Below are positions 41,591 through 52,699 of a stretch of 64,000 bases of DNA, in pieces. A program made the translations under genes and the position numbers. Under the pieces are notes generated by a model. It worked only from the letters and a program-made list of their open reading frames with translations, was not told where the DNA came from and did no database searches. The first letter of the stretch is position 1; each line of letters begins with the position of its first letter. The stretch is from Octopus sinensis (Eukaryota). The DNA lies in NCBI RefSeq assembly GCF_006345805.1, contig NC_043017.1, positions 16,120,001-16,184,000 of the forward strand, in the 5' to 3' direction.

Positions 41591-42439
41591 GAGGAAGAAC
41601 GAGATATATCAAATTGCTGTGACGCCACAAAGTTGTAAGTATAGCTATATATATGCACATATATATATATATATATATATATGCATATATATGTGAATAT
41701 ATATGTGTGTGTGTATGTGTGTATGTAAATATATGTACCTATACAGATATATATAGATATGTAATGTACAGACATACGGTCACACATACAAACACACGCG
41801 GACATAGACACACACAAACAGCTATATATATATATATATCCACACACACACAGATACCATTTATATAAACACCAACGCACGCGCAACATACGTATATTCA
41901 CTGAGATGCATACACACACACAGACACACAAACACATACATGGGTTAAAATTCTTTGAAGATTTTGTCCCTGAATGAGTGGCATACCTTAGAGAAGACTA
42001 TGCTAGGTTATCTAGATGAGTATATAGAGCACGCATATATTCGGCGTTATATTGAAACGGATCGTACAAGATACACCACCAACACCTTCAAAGACAGATA
42101 ATCCAACATTTGTACTCATCTTTAACGTACAATTATTGCCTTTTCCTCCCCCTCCTGCTCCTCCTTCTTCATCTTTTTTATCCTCACGTTCTACGGTTCT
42201 CCTTCTTCTTCCTCTCTTTCCACTTACACCTCCTTCCCGTTCTTTAAATAAAGTACAAGCCAATTACTGGTGCACCTTTATCTCTTTCTGTGTTCAGCGT
42301 CTATCTCGCTTTTTCTAATTTTCTCTCTCTCTCTATCTCTCTCTCTATATATATCTATCTATCTATCTATCTACACACACACACACACAAACATACATAT
42401 ATATAAATGTATAGATATATATATATGCGTGTATACATG

Positions 42440-42474
<35 letters not shown>

Positions 42475-42707
42475 ATATATATATATACATCTATATATAT
42501 ATATATATATACATATATATACACATATACGTATATGTATATATATATATATGTATGCGTGTGTGTGAGTGTTAGTGAGTGTATGTGCGTGAATATCTGT
42601 TCGGGGTACATGTGTAAGTTTGTAGTGACATGTGCGTGAGTGTGTGTGTATGGGTGCATATTCGTACTGATGTATGTACGTGTGTGTGTGTGTGTGTGTG
42701 TGTGTGA

Positions 42708-43018
42708 AGGCGCGTGGCTTAGCGGTTAGGGGCATTCGGCTCGTGATGAGTTCAATTCCTGGCAGTGCATTGTGTCCTTGAGCAAGACACTTTATTTCAC
42801 ATTGCTCCAGTCCACTCAGCTGGCAAAAACGAGTTGTACCTGTAATTCACAAGGGGCAAGCCTTCTCATAATTTGTGTCACGCTGAATCTCCCTCAGAAC
42901 TACCTTAAGAGTACACGTGTCTGTGGAGTACTCAGCCACTTGTACATTAATTTCACGAACAAGCTGTTCCGTTGATGGTATCAGCTGAGACCCTCGTCGT
43001 CGTAACCGACGGAGTGCT

Positions 43019-43020
<2 letters not shown>
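42708..43020 (+). mobile_element. tRNA-derived SINE family C (related copy at 54820-55072)
   Basis: GGCGCGTGGCTTAGCGGTTAG A box, GAGTTCAATTCC B box, ccttgagcaagacacttt. Confidence 0.85.
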
Positions 43021-43064
<44 letters not shown>

Positions 43065-43230
43065 TATATAGATATAATATATATCTATATATATATATAT
43101 ATATTAACACACGTATGAGCCTCCGTATATGTATATATGTGTGTGTATGTTTGTGATTGATAACAAACAAAGCGTGTCTAGTAAGAGGCTTCTGTGTGCA
43201 TATTTATATGTATATATATATGTGTGTTTG

Positions 43231-43288
<58 letters not shown>

Positions 43289-43678
43289 CGTGTGTGTGTG
43301 TGTGTGTTTATGTGTGTATGTGTGCGTGAGTGTTACTTTGCGGCGATTATATTCCAGAGACGTGTAAAAGCCGTGTAAGAAGTAACTAAGAACCGCGATT
43401 GTCTTAAGACTGTCTGGTCACGTCTAATGGACGGCGGCAAGAATTTTAATATCTCTACTTCAACATATATCTGCGAGTGTGTGTGTGTGTGTGGCTGTGC
43501 GTGTGCGTGTGTATTCGTGTTTGTGTTTTTCGCGTGTTAGTGTCAATGTGTGTGTGTCTATAAATATATATACTTATATATATACAGATATATATATGTG
43601 TGTGTACATACATATGTGCGTTCATATATGTATGTACGTACATCTTTGGAAATATATCTATGTATACATTTGTATATA

Positions 43679-43725
<47 letters not shown>

Positions 43726-44087
43726 ATATATATATACAACATATAATAGATATTTTATATATAATATATATACATACATGCATACACATACACACACACA
43801 TACATATGCATGTTTATACAATACACGTTGCTGGAATATAAGTTATGTACTTTACTACTTTTACACACACACACACACACACACACAGATACTATTGTAA
43901 AGGTCCCTAGGGGCGGGATCGAACCATTAGCTAACACCGTGTTAGATGTGAGGGAGCGGGGAACCGTTTACTCATGTCTACTGCATAGAATTCTAAGATA
44001 CATGTCTATACGTAGGGACGTATATGCACACACACACACACATATATACAGACACACGCGCGCACACATACATAAACACACACATAC

Positions 44088-44470
44088 ATGGCTGTATGGG
44101 AAGAAGCTTGCTTCCCAACCACATGGTTCCGAGTTCAGTCCCACTACATGGCACTTTCGGCAAGTATCTTCTACGATAGCCTTGGACCGACCAAAATCTT
44201 GTGACTAGGTTTGGTTGTCGGAAACTGAAAGAAGCCCGTCATATGTATGTATGTGTGTGTGTATGTATCTGTGTATGTGTGTATGTATGTGTGTGTATGT
44301 ATGTATGTATGTGTGTATGTATGTATGTGTGTGTGTGTGTATGCTGTATGTAATATGTGTGTCGTCTGTGTTTGTTCCCACCACCACTTGATAGCCGGTG
44401 TTGGTGCTTTTGTTTCCGTAACATAGCAGTTCGGCAAAAGTGCCCGACAGAATAGTTACCAGGCTTCATA
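44088..44470 (+). mobile_element. SINE family B with internal microsatellite
   Basis: 5' part and 3' part separated by (TG/TATG)n. Confidence 0.8.
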
Positions 44471-44505
44471 AAAGATATGTATGTATGCATATATATATGA
44501 TTGAC

Positions 44506-44577
<72 letters not shown>

Positions 44578-44606
44578 AGAGAGAGAATAGATAGATAGAA
44601 TAGATA

Positions 44607-45240
44607 TGTTTCTTTATTAGCCACACAGGGCTGAACATAGACGGGACAGATTACAAAGTAGAGCTTTCCTTTTTTTGCGGGAGGGGGGGAGGTGAGGTAG
44701 GTTTCCGATCAAAAGGGATCGTAAAAGGGAAAGAAAAAAAGAAAAAGGAAACGATCAATAGAGATCGTGTATCACAGAAATGTCATGATGTAAAGTGTAA
44801 AGGGGGAAGCAGATAAGGTTTATCCGTGGAAAGAAAAGCCTACGGAAAAGACCACAGTAACCTCGGTCAATAATGTCGCCTATTAACACATTTGTTTGCA
44901 AGTAAGTAACTCTCTGTTTTATATTTTTTCCGGGTTCATAGGATCATGCTGAAGGTGGCTTCGTCATTCATACATGCCATCCTTGCTACATTCACGCATC
45001 TTTTTTTTTAAACATTCGCTAGACAAAACTTGCCTCTCTACTCTCACTTTCCTTTTCAAGTGATACTTGAAGACATTGATGAGAGACTGACGAGAGAGGA
45101 AAGTGTTTGTCTCTAATCCTTTCAGACGCGTCCACCAAATACATTCTTTCGCCATAGCCACAAGGATGATGAAAATAGGTCTTCCTTCCCGTTTGAAAGA
45201 AGGAGGCGTGACGATATTAACGATAGACTCGGCTGATAAA
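44607..45240 (-). mobile_element. 3' fragment of an L1/Tx1-like LINE (ORF2 C-terminus plus 3' UTR)
   Basis: FIILVAMAKECIWWTR...LINVFKYHLKRKVRVER fits the L1/Tx1 'AK..IW..R' C-terminus; ends aataaagaaa. Confidence 0.65.
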
Positions 45241-45246
45241 TAGAAG

Positions 45247-45294
45247 GTCTTACAGCTGTTTCCAGGATATTTTTTATATCCCTTCATCGGAGAC
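45247..45294 (-). ncRNA. Type I hammerhead (U4C) with a degenerate divergent partner at 45298-45341 (+)
   Basis: GTCT-CCGATGA-A-GGGATAT aaaaa ATATCCT-G-GAAA-CAGCTG-TA-AGAC. Confidence 0.75.
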
Positions 45295-45511
45295 GCTCTG
45301 ATAAAAGGATATACAAAATATCCTGGAAACACCTGAAAGATCTATTCATATGGTCTATCCATAGCACTTACTCAGCATTACCTGACACCTTTCGGTCTTA
45401 CTGACATCATTACCTCTCATATGTGTGTGTATATATATATGTATATATACACATATATATATCCACATATACACTCACACACACATATATATACACATAT
45501 ACACATACATA

Positions 45512-45553
<42 letters not shown>

Positions 45554-45851
45554 TACACATATATATACATATATACACATATACACACATATATATACAC
45601 ATATATACACACACACATATATACACATATATACACACATATATACATATATATATACACACATATATATACATATGCACACGCATATATATACACATAC
45701 ATATATACACACACATGTATATATACACATATATACACACATATATACACACATATATATACACATATATATGCACACACACATACATACACATATATGC
45801 ACACATATATACATATATACACACCTATACATACATATATACACACATATA

Positions 45852-45921
<70 letters not shown>

Positions 45922-45923
<2 letters not shown>

Positions 45924-46475
45924 TGGCTGCCCCCCTCGTTATCGAGTATGGCCATTGCACGAAGCTTAATCAATGTTGTTATCGTGCAATGCCTGTGCAA
46001 GAAGATTTTTTTGAAAGTGAGGAAAGGCTGTGTACTGAGTCAATCCCACTCACTAAGCAACAGCAGCCATAATCCGAAAAGAAGAACAAATCAACATCAT
46101 CGGTAACCACTGAGCCGCAGGTTTTATGTCGGAGTTATCCCAGTTACCTGAGTTACCTTCTCCTAGAAGGATGCCCTAACAAATTCTAGGAGTCCTTCAC
46201 TCCCAACGGTTTAACCGCGTAATCGGGTATCAGTCCGATTATTTCTATGTCCCCGCGCATGATACACCCTTAAGACATTTATTGGATGGCCGTTGACTCT
46301 CAAGAGTTCCTCCGCCCTTTGACGGGTTTTGTTCTTCATCCCGGAAGGTGTCCAATAAACACCCTTTTCACCAAGCAAGCTTGGTGGGGTTGCCGGTTTA
46401 GTCGCCAACGACCCGACCATGCAACAGGTTGTACTGGGTTATATGTTACCAGTAGCATTCGAAAGTGACCTGACA
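45922..46475 (-). mobile_element. Non-autonomous bipartite RTE derivative (5'UTR joined to 3' end)
   Basis: Its 3' ~45 nt is nearly identical to the RTE end at 9047-9090; no ORF; RTE-type gggcatcc..ctaggagaaggtaactc motif. Confidence 0.75.
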
Positions 46476-46629
46476 TGTTTATATATACATACATATATAT
46501 ATACATACATATGTATATACATATATATATACATACGTATATACATACATACGTATATACATATATATATATACAAATACGTATATACATACATATATGT
46601 ATATATATTATATAATATATATATTATAC

Positions 46630-46693
<64 letters not shown>

Positions 46694-46772
46694 CTATATA
46701 TATATATACATACATATATACATAACTACGTATATACATACATATATATATATATATATACATACATATATA

Positions 46773-48010
46773 CGAGGGACGTTCAATAAGTAATGCCCCT
46801 GACCCACTTGCAATTGTTTGATCTAGCTGAAATTTTGCATGTGCAATTATTTATATCTCTATAGACTAAGTGGAAAATTACAGCTCTGAACTAATTGTGG
46901 TTTCTGATTTACATGTATTTGAACTTAGTCAAGTGTGAAATGGAGCCTGTTGAGTGTCGAGCAGTGATCCGGTTTTTGTATTTGAAAGGACGCACACCAC
47001 GGTAGAATTTTGATGAAATGAAAGTAACTTATGGTGATGATGCCCCATCATATGACCTTGTAAAACGGTGGCATCGGGAATCCAAACATGGTCGGAACTT
47101 TGTGGAAACTGCTCCCAGATCTAGTCGCCCATCTTCTGCCATTGATGAGGCATCTGTCTGTCAAGTTGAGGCTGCCATTTTGGAAGATCGACGCATAACT
47201 ATTCGCCAAATAGCCCATGAGGTCAATTAGTACCGGGTCTGTGGAAACTATCATTCATGACCATTTGCATATGCAAAAGGTGTCTGCCAGATGGATTCCC
47301 AGGTTGCTCACGCTTTCCAGAAGCAAGAACGCGTCGAGTGCTCGAGGGTGAATTTGGAGATGTGCCAAGAAGATGAGTCAAACTTTCTCAAAAGAGACTG
47401 ATACACAGATTAAACCTGGGTCCATCTCAATGATCCAGAGACCAAAGCCCAGTCAATGCAGTGGAAGCACCGTGACTCACCTCCTCCAAAGAAGGCAAGG
47501 GTGCAGCCCCCTCCGCTGGCAGGGTCATGCTCACAGTCTTCTGAGACCAGGACGGAGTAGTGATGACAGATTTCCTTTCCTGGCAAAGGGTACCACAATT
47601 ACAGGAGCTTATTATGCTTCACTTTTGAGGAAATTAGAGTAGCTATCAAAATCAAGAGGCGGGCAAGATCAGCAAAGGCATCCTCCTCCTAGGACAACGC
47701 TCCGGTCCACAACTCGCGTGTCGCCAGATCAGAAGCACAGGCGATTTTCACCTCTTCCCAGGCATGAAGTTGTTTTTGAAAGGAAAGCGTTTCCCAGATG
47801 ATGCAGCCTTGATTTCTGAAGTCATGTCGTGGTTGGAGGACCAAGCTGGGGTCTTCTACAAAAACGGTCTCCAGAGCCGCATCAAACGATGGGAGAAATG
47901 CATAACTCTGGGTGGTTCCTATGTAGAAAAAGACTAATAACTGTGCCAAGTTTCGTTGCTCTACTCCTATGGGAAGTGGGTCAGGGGCATTACTTATCGA
48001 ACGCCCTTCG
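46773..48010 (+). mobile_element. Near full-length mariner transposon with transposase pseudogene (~46940-47937)
   Basis: TA TSD; ~37-bp TIRs cgagggacgttcaataagtaatgcccctgacccactt; KVSARWIPRLL, DNAPVH, DFHLFP, KRWEKCI...GSYVEK; stops and frameshifts. Confidence 0.95.
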
Positions 48011-48089
48011 TATATATATATATATATATATAATAGAAATATTAAAATTACTAAGTCTCTCTAAAAGAGATCACGGCAGCGTTCCTGGA

Positions 48090-48503
48090 AAATAATAGTT
48101 ATCGCCATATTAATATGGCATTCTTATAAAAATAAGAATAAAGCTGTCCGCTTATTAGCTCCATGAGGCCATCGCCTTAAGTTAGCTATTTGATACACAA
48201 ACTGTATCCATATAACCTTCGAACAAGGGAGGTCAGTCGCTCCACACTACTTGATCGACAGCTACAGACGCGTTTCGGGGTATTGCCCCTTTTCAACGCT
48301 GCATTGAAAAGGGGCAATACCCCGAAACGCGTCTGTAGCTGCCGGTCAAGTAGTGTGGAGCGACTGACCTCCCTTGTTCGAAGGTTATATGGATACAGTT
48401 TGTGTATCAAATAGCTAACTTAAGGCGATGGCCTCATGGAGCTAATAAGCGGACAGCTTATTCTTATTTTTATAAGAATGCCATATTAATATGGCGATAA
48501 CTA

Positions 48504-48509
<6 letters not shown>
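48090..48509. repeat. ~420-bp nearly perfect palindrome centred at ~48300 (element extends left to ~48031)
   Basis: Identical 74-aa ORFs on opposite strands; almost no spacer. Confidence 0.95.
48298..48339 (+). ncRNA. Type I hammerhead with U3-A8 core (mirror copy 48261-48302 on -)
   Basis: GCTGCA-TTGAAAA-GGGG caata CCCC-GAAA-CGCG-TC-TGTAGC. Confidence 0.8.
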
Positions 48510-48544
<35 letters not shown>

Positions 48545-48860
48545 AACATATATACGTACATACATATATATATACATATATATATATGTGTGTGTGTATG
48601 TGTGAATATTTATACTTCGTACCTTGTTTCATGAATTTCTGTTTTATTGTTTAGTATTATCGTTATTGTTAAAAGTGATAGTATATTACGTTAGAATGCA
48701 TTTACTGGACTATACGAAGCATGATAATCCAATGTAATGCGATATATTCTTCAATGTTGTTCTTTATGTATTTTGCACATGTGATTACTATGTACGATTT
48801 GCCCATGTATGTATATGTATGCATATTTGTATATTTTTTATATGTATATATGTGTTTATG

Positions 48861-48901
<41 letters not shown>

Positions 48902-48906
48902 TATAT

Positions 48907-49540
48907 ATAATTTTTTTCTTTTGCCCTTTTTATAATCGTTTATAATTTTAACTGTAAAGGTATTTTAATATGCTGCCACATATTTTGATGGAATTTTTTT
49001 CTGTAAAAAAACTTCATCCTATATTAGTAGTAGACTTATTACAATTCGCTATAGGGACAGGTAACCACTATAAGCTGTAGTGGAGAACAGTTCACACGTG
49101 TGCTGAGGCTGACCAAAGAATTTTATTTTTAGATATATCTGGGGTACTTATATGTACTCATGATTTTTGCTTCGGCTTTTTTCCATGGGCGCATGTTAGT
49201 ATCTTATTTATATCTTTTCGTATTTTCTACTGAAGAGGAAAAAATCTATTATGAGATTAATTCCGAAATTGATTCAATATAGAAATAATGAACTTTAAAA
49301 AAAATTCTATCGGCCGGCTTTCCTCGATTTCAGCTCTTCGTGTTTTTTCTGTAGCGAGTAAATAATATGTGCAAATTGACGATTTAAAAGTCTGTCATCA
49401 GCATATTGGCATAAAAATAATTTTCTTTAGCCCTTATTTATTAGTTGTTTATAATTTTAACTGTAAAGGTATTTTAATATGCTGCCACAATTTTTGATGG
49501 AATTTTTTTCTGTAAAAAACATCATCCTATATTAGTAGTA
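48907..49540 (+). mobile_element. ~510-bp HHR-containing unit with ~125-bp terminal direct repeat
   Basis: 48907-49032 is repeated at 49417-49540; flanked by (TA)n. Confidence 0.8.
49224..49285 (+). ncRNA. Canonical-core type I hammerhead ribozyme
   Basis: TTTCTA-CTGAAGA-GGAA[aaAATCTattatgAGATTaa]TTCC-GAAA-TTGATTCAA-TA-TAGAAA. Confidence 0.85.
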
Positions 49541-49656
49541 TATATATGTATTTTGAATATTTGTCTTATTTATTTTCTTGTTTTTATTGGACAGTGAGTG
49601 AAGCATGTTTTTTTTTATATATCAATATTATTATCATACTCTTCTAGTTATGTATA

Positions 49657-49788
49657 TCCTCTGAGAAGGCCTTTGGTTATTTAAACAGACAAATATAATC
49701 TTTAATGCCTAGGACTATATTACAATGGCATCTATAGGCAATTTAAGTTGAATTGACTCTCGACCATAGGCTGAAACAGCTGTAAGGA
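49657..49788 (+). ncRNA. Type I hammerhead with long stem II insertion and one core change
   Basis: TCCT-CTGAGAA-GGCCTTTGGT[~85 nt]ACCATAGGCT-GAAA-CAGCTG-TA-AGGA. Confidence 0.7.
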
Positions 49789-50085
49789 GAAGTTTATTTG
49801 TATTATTTTTATTATTATATTATATATTGATGCATATTGTTTTGAGGTTCCCATTTGTATAATTAATAAATAATGTGAAATTGTAATATCCGTAAGTTGA
49901 TGATCGAAATGAATTTGTTCCTCCATTTACTTATTTATATACATACATATATACACATACATATATACATACATATATATATGTATATTATATATATAAT
50001 ATATATATATATACATATATACATACATATATACATACATATATATATACATACATACATACCTATATATATATATACATACATA

Positions 50086-50125
<40 letters not shown>

Positions 50126-50210
50126 CATACATATATATATACAGACATATATATACATATACACACACACATATATACATATACACATATATGTGTGTGT
50201 GTGTGTGTCT

Positions 50211-50244
<34 letters not shown>

Positions 50245-50249
<5 letters not shown>

Positions 50250-51062
50250 CAATATAGGGTAGCAAAAAACTTCAAGAAAAAAAAGAAAAAATTCAAGAAA
50301 AATTTTCTGCAACCAGCGGTCAAGTGAGAAAATAGAAATTCACAGACTATATAATATATTCAACAAAATATTAAGGAAAGACCCTTACAGGTCATTCGAC
50401 TCACTTGAAAAGAGCAGCCAAAACTCAAACCGCAAAAATAGTAGTAATTCTGAAAGCTAAAGGAGAAATAAAAACGTTTATCCTTTTCAACTTTGTACCC
50501 TGCAAGGTTTCAACAATTTTTACGCAATCGAACTTAATTAAATTAAATTAAATCCGTTTACGATTGGTTTGTTTCATCAGCAAAGTCCCAAAAGAGAAGG
50601 CGAACATATACACACGAGGCGATACCACTGAAGCCCCGAGTATATATATCCTAATTTTTCGAAATCCAGCGTAACCGCGCCAACTACTCAGCAGCAAATA
50701 TAAACTGCTGATACAATTTCAGAATTAGTCAAAAATTATTAATTTATCAATATAGGGTAGCAAAAAAATTCAAGAAAAAATTTTCTGCAACCAGCGGTCA
50801 AGTGAGAAAATAGAAGTAGTCACAGACTATATAATATATTCAACAAAATATTATGGAAAGACCCTTACAGGTCATTCGACTCACTTGAAAGAGCAGCCAA
50901 AACTCAAACCGCAAAAATAGTAGTAATTCTGAAAGCTAAAGGAGAAATAAAAACGTTTATCCTTTTCAACTTTGTACCTTGCAAGGTTTCAACAATTTTT
51001 ACGCAATTGAACTTAATTAAATTAAATTAAATCCGTTTACGATTGGTTTGTTTCATCAGCAA
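50245..51062 (-). mobile_element. Partial tandem (~1.6 copies) of a ~480-500 bp non-coding unit, one HHR per unit
   Basis: 50245 aligns to 50743; HHRs at 50490-50586 and 50972-51062; (TA)n flanks. Confidence 0.88.
50490..50586 (-). ncRNA. Canonical-core type I hammerhead ribozyme
   Basis: ACTTTG-CTGATGA-AACAA[~50 nt]TTGTT-GAAA-CCTTGCAGGG-TA-CAAAGT. Confidence 0.85.
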
Positions 51063-51314
51063 TATATATAATATATACATTCAATAATGAGGGTGAAAAA
51101 ATTTTTAGATATTAATTCGATAATACCCTTATATTAACACCAAGCGACCTATCACAATAAACCAGGAGAGATACAATCCGTATATTGAGATCCCTCCGTA
51201 AATATAAGGATTCTGCAACTTTGAATTATGTTGAACTCTAGTGCTTAACATATTCAAAGTTGGCTCTCTTATATTACGGATATATCTATCTATATATTAT
51301 ATATATCTATATAT

Positions 51315-51366
<52 letters not shown>

Positions 51367-51716
51367 TATTACTGGACTTGTTTTTAAATTGTAAATATAA
51401 TTTTTAGGGTTATAAAAAAAAATTGGTTATATAAGGGAAGCAACTGCGTTCAGATGCCGAAGTCCATTTGGTTATAAAGAGTTTTTTCCCTTAACCGAAA
51501 TTTCGTTTATTTACTGTAATGCGGTCTGCAAGGATTGTTGCTGTATGTCATTACCCTGTGATGCGGACAACCGCAGCTTACTTCTAGTTGCTTCATTAGA
51601 TCGTGAGTTCGATTTCTGGACTGGGCAGTGAGTTGTGACTTTGGGCAAGGCGTCTCATTTCACTTTATTCCAATCTACTCGGCTGTAAATGTGTACCAAC
51701 CGAGTATTGGTGCAAG

Positions 51717-51753
<37 letters not shown>

Positions 51754-51839
51754 ACTCACTCTTTCTCGCTCTCTCTCTCTCCTCCAATCACCAGCTGAAG
51801 CACTTTTGACGTTCCAGTGTCTCAACGTTGGATGCGGTG

Positions 51840-51930
51840 AAAGGAGGTTGTTTAGGTCTGCAGAACGCGAAGAATTGGGTTCTTCACGATGACAGTGCCC
51901 CCTGTCACCGAGCTCTCCTCACTCGTGAGG
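51840..51930 (+). pseudogene. Short mariner transposase fragment
   Basis: WVLHDDSAPCHRALL; similar to 39560-39625. Confidence 0.6.
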
Positions 51931-52404
51931 CAAAGAAAGACAGCGTTTCACTTCTTCACTTTGAAGTCTCGACCTGCTAAACCCTCATCGGACTTTCCGT
52001 CGATGTTCTATGGAGCAGGCAACCTCTACAACAGTGATTCCCAACAAGGTCCCTGGGGCAGTCCGGTGGTCCCCCTGAGCATTTCTCGTGGTCCCCACAG
52101 AATTCATAGCCATAAAAAAATTTGAAACCATTTCAGATCTACAAAATATTGTTCGATAATAAAGACACTGTTAGTTAATAATTTATATGAAGACAGAGTA
52201 ATAACAATGAGAAAACAAAATTCAATAATTATTTCATAAGAATCAATAAGGTACAATATATAATCAATAATATATTACAATCAACAATTACATAATTTAA
52301 ATTTTACAATCACAACAGTTTCATAATAAATTTGATATTTTTGATAGATCACTACACAATATTGTTTAATAATAAATTTGATACTTTTAATTTATAGAAA
52401 TAAA

Positions 52405-52665
52405 GCCTCCGTGCTGTGGGCACGTAACAAACACCATCCGATCGTGGCCGTTCGCCAGCCTCATCTGGCACCTGTGTCGGTGGCACATAAAATCACCCAC
52501 TACACTCTCGGAGTGGTTGGCGTTAGGAAGGGCATCCAGCTGTAGAAACACTGCCAGATCTGACTGACCTGGTGCAGCCTTCGGGCTCCCCAGACCCCAG
52601 TTGAACCGTCCAACCCATACTAGCATGGAAAGCGGACGTTAAATGATGATGATGATGATGATGAT
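52405..52665 (+). mobile_element. SINE 3' portion with RTE-type tail, nested in the hAT
   Basis: ggcgttaggaagggcatccagctgtagaaac...agcatggaaagcggacgttaaa(tga)n. Confidence 0.7.
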
Positions 52666-52699
52666 TATTTTTTTTTTTTTTTTAAGATCAGTTGAAATT

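Noticed and set aside
48186-48414. Identical 74-aa ORFs on both strands (also the 60-aa pair at 22246/22508)
   Set aside because: A by-product of palindromic DNA.
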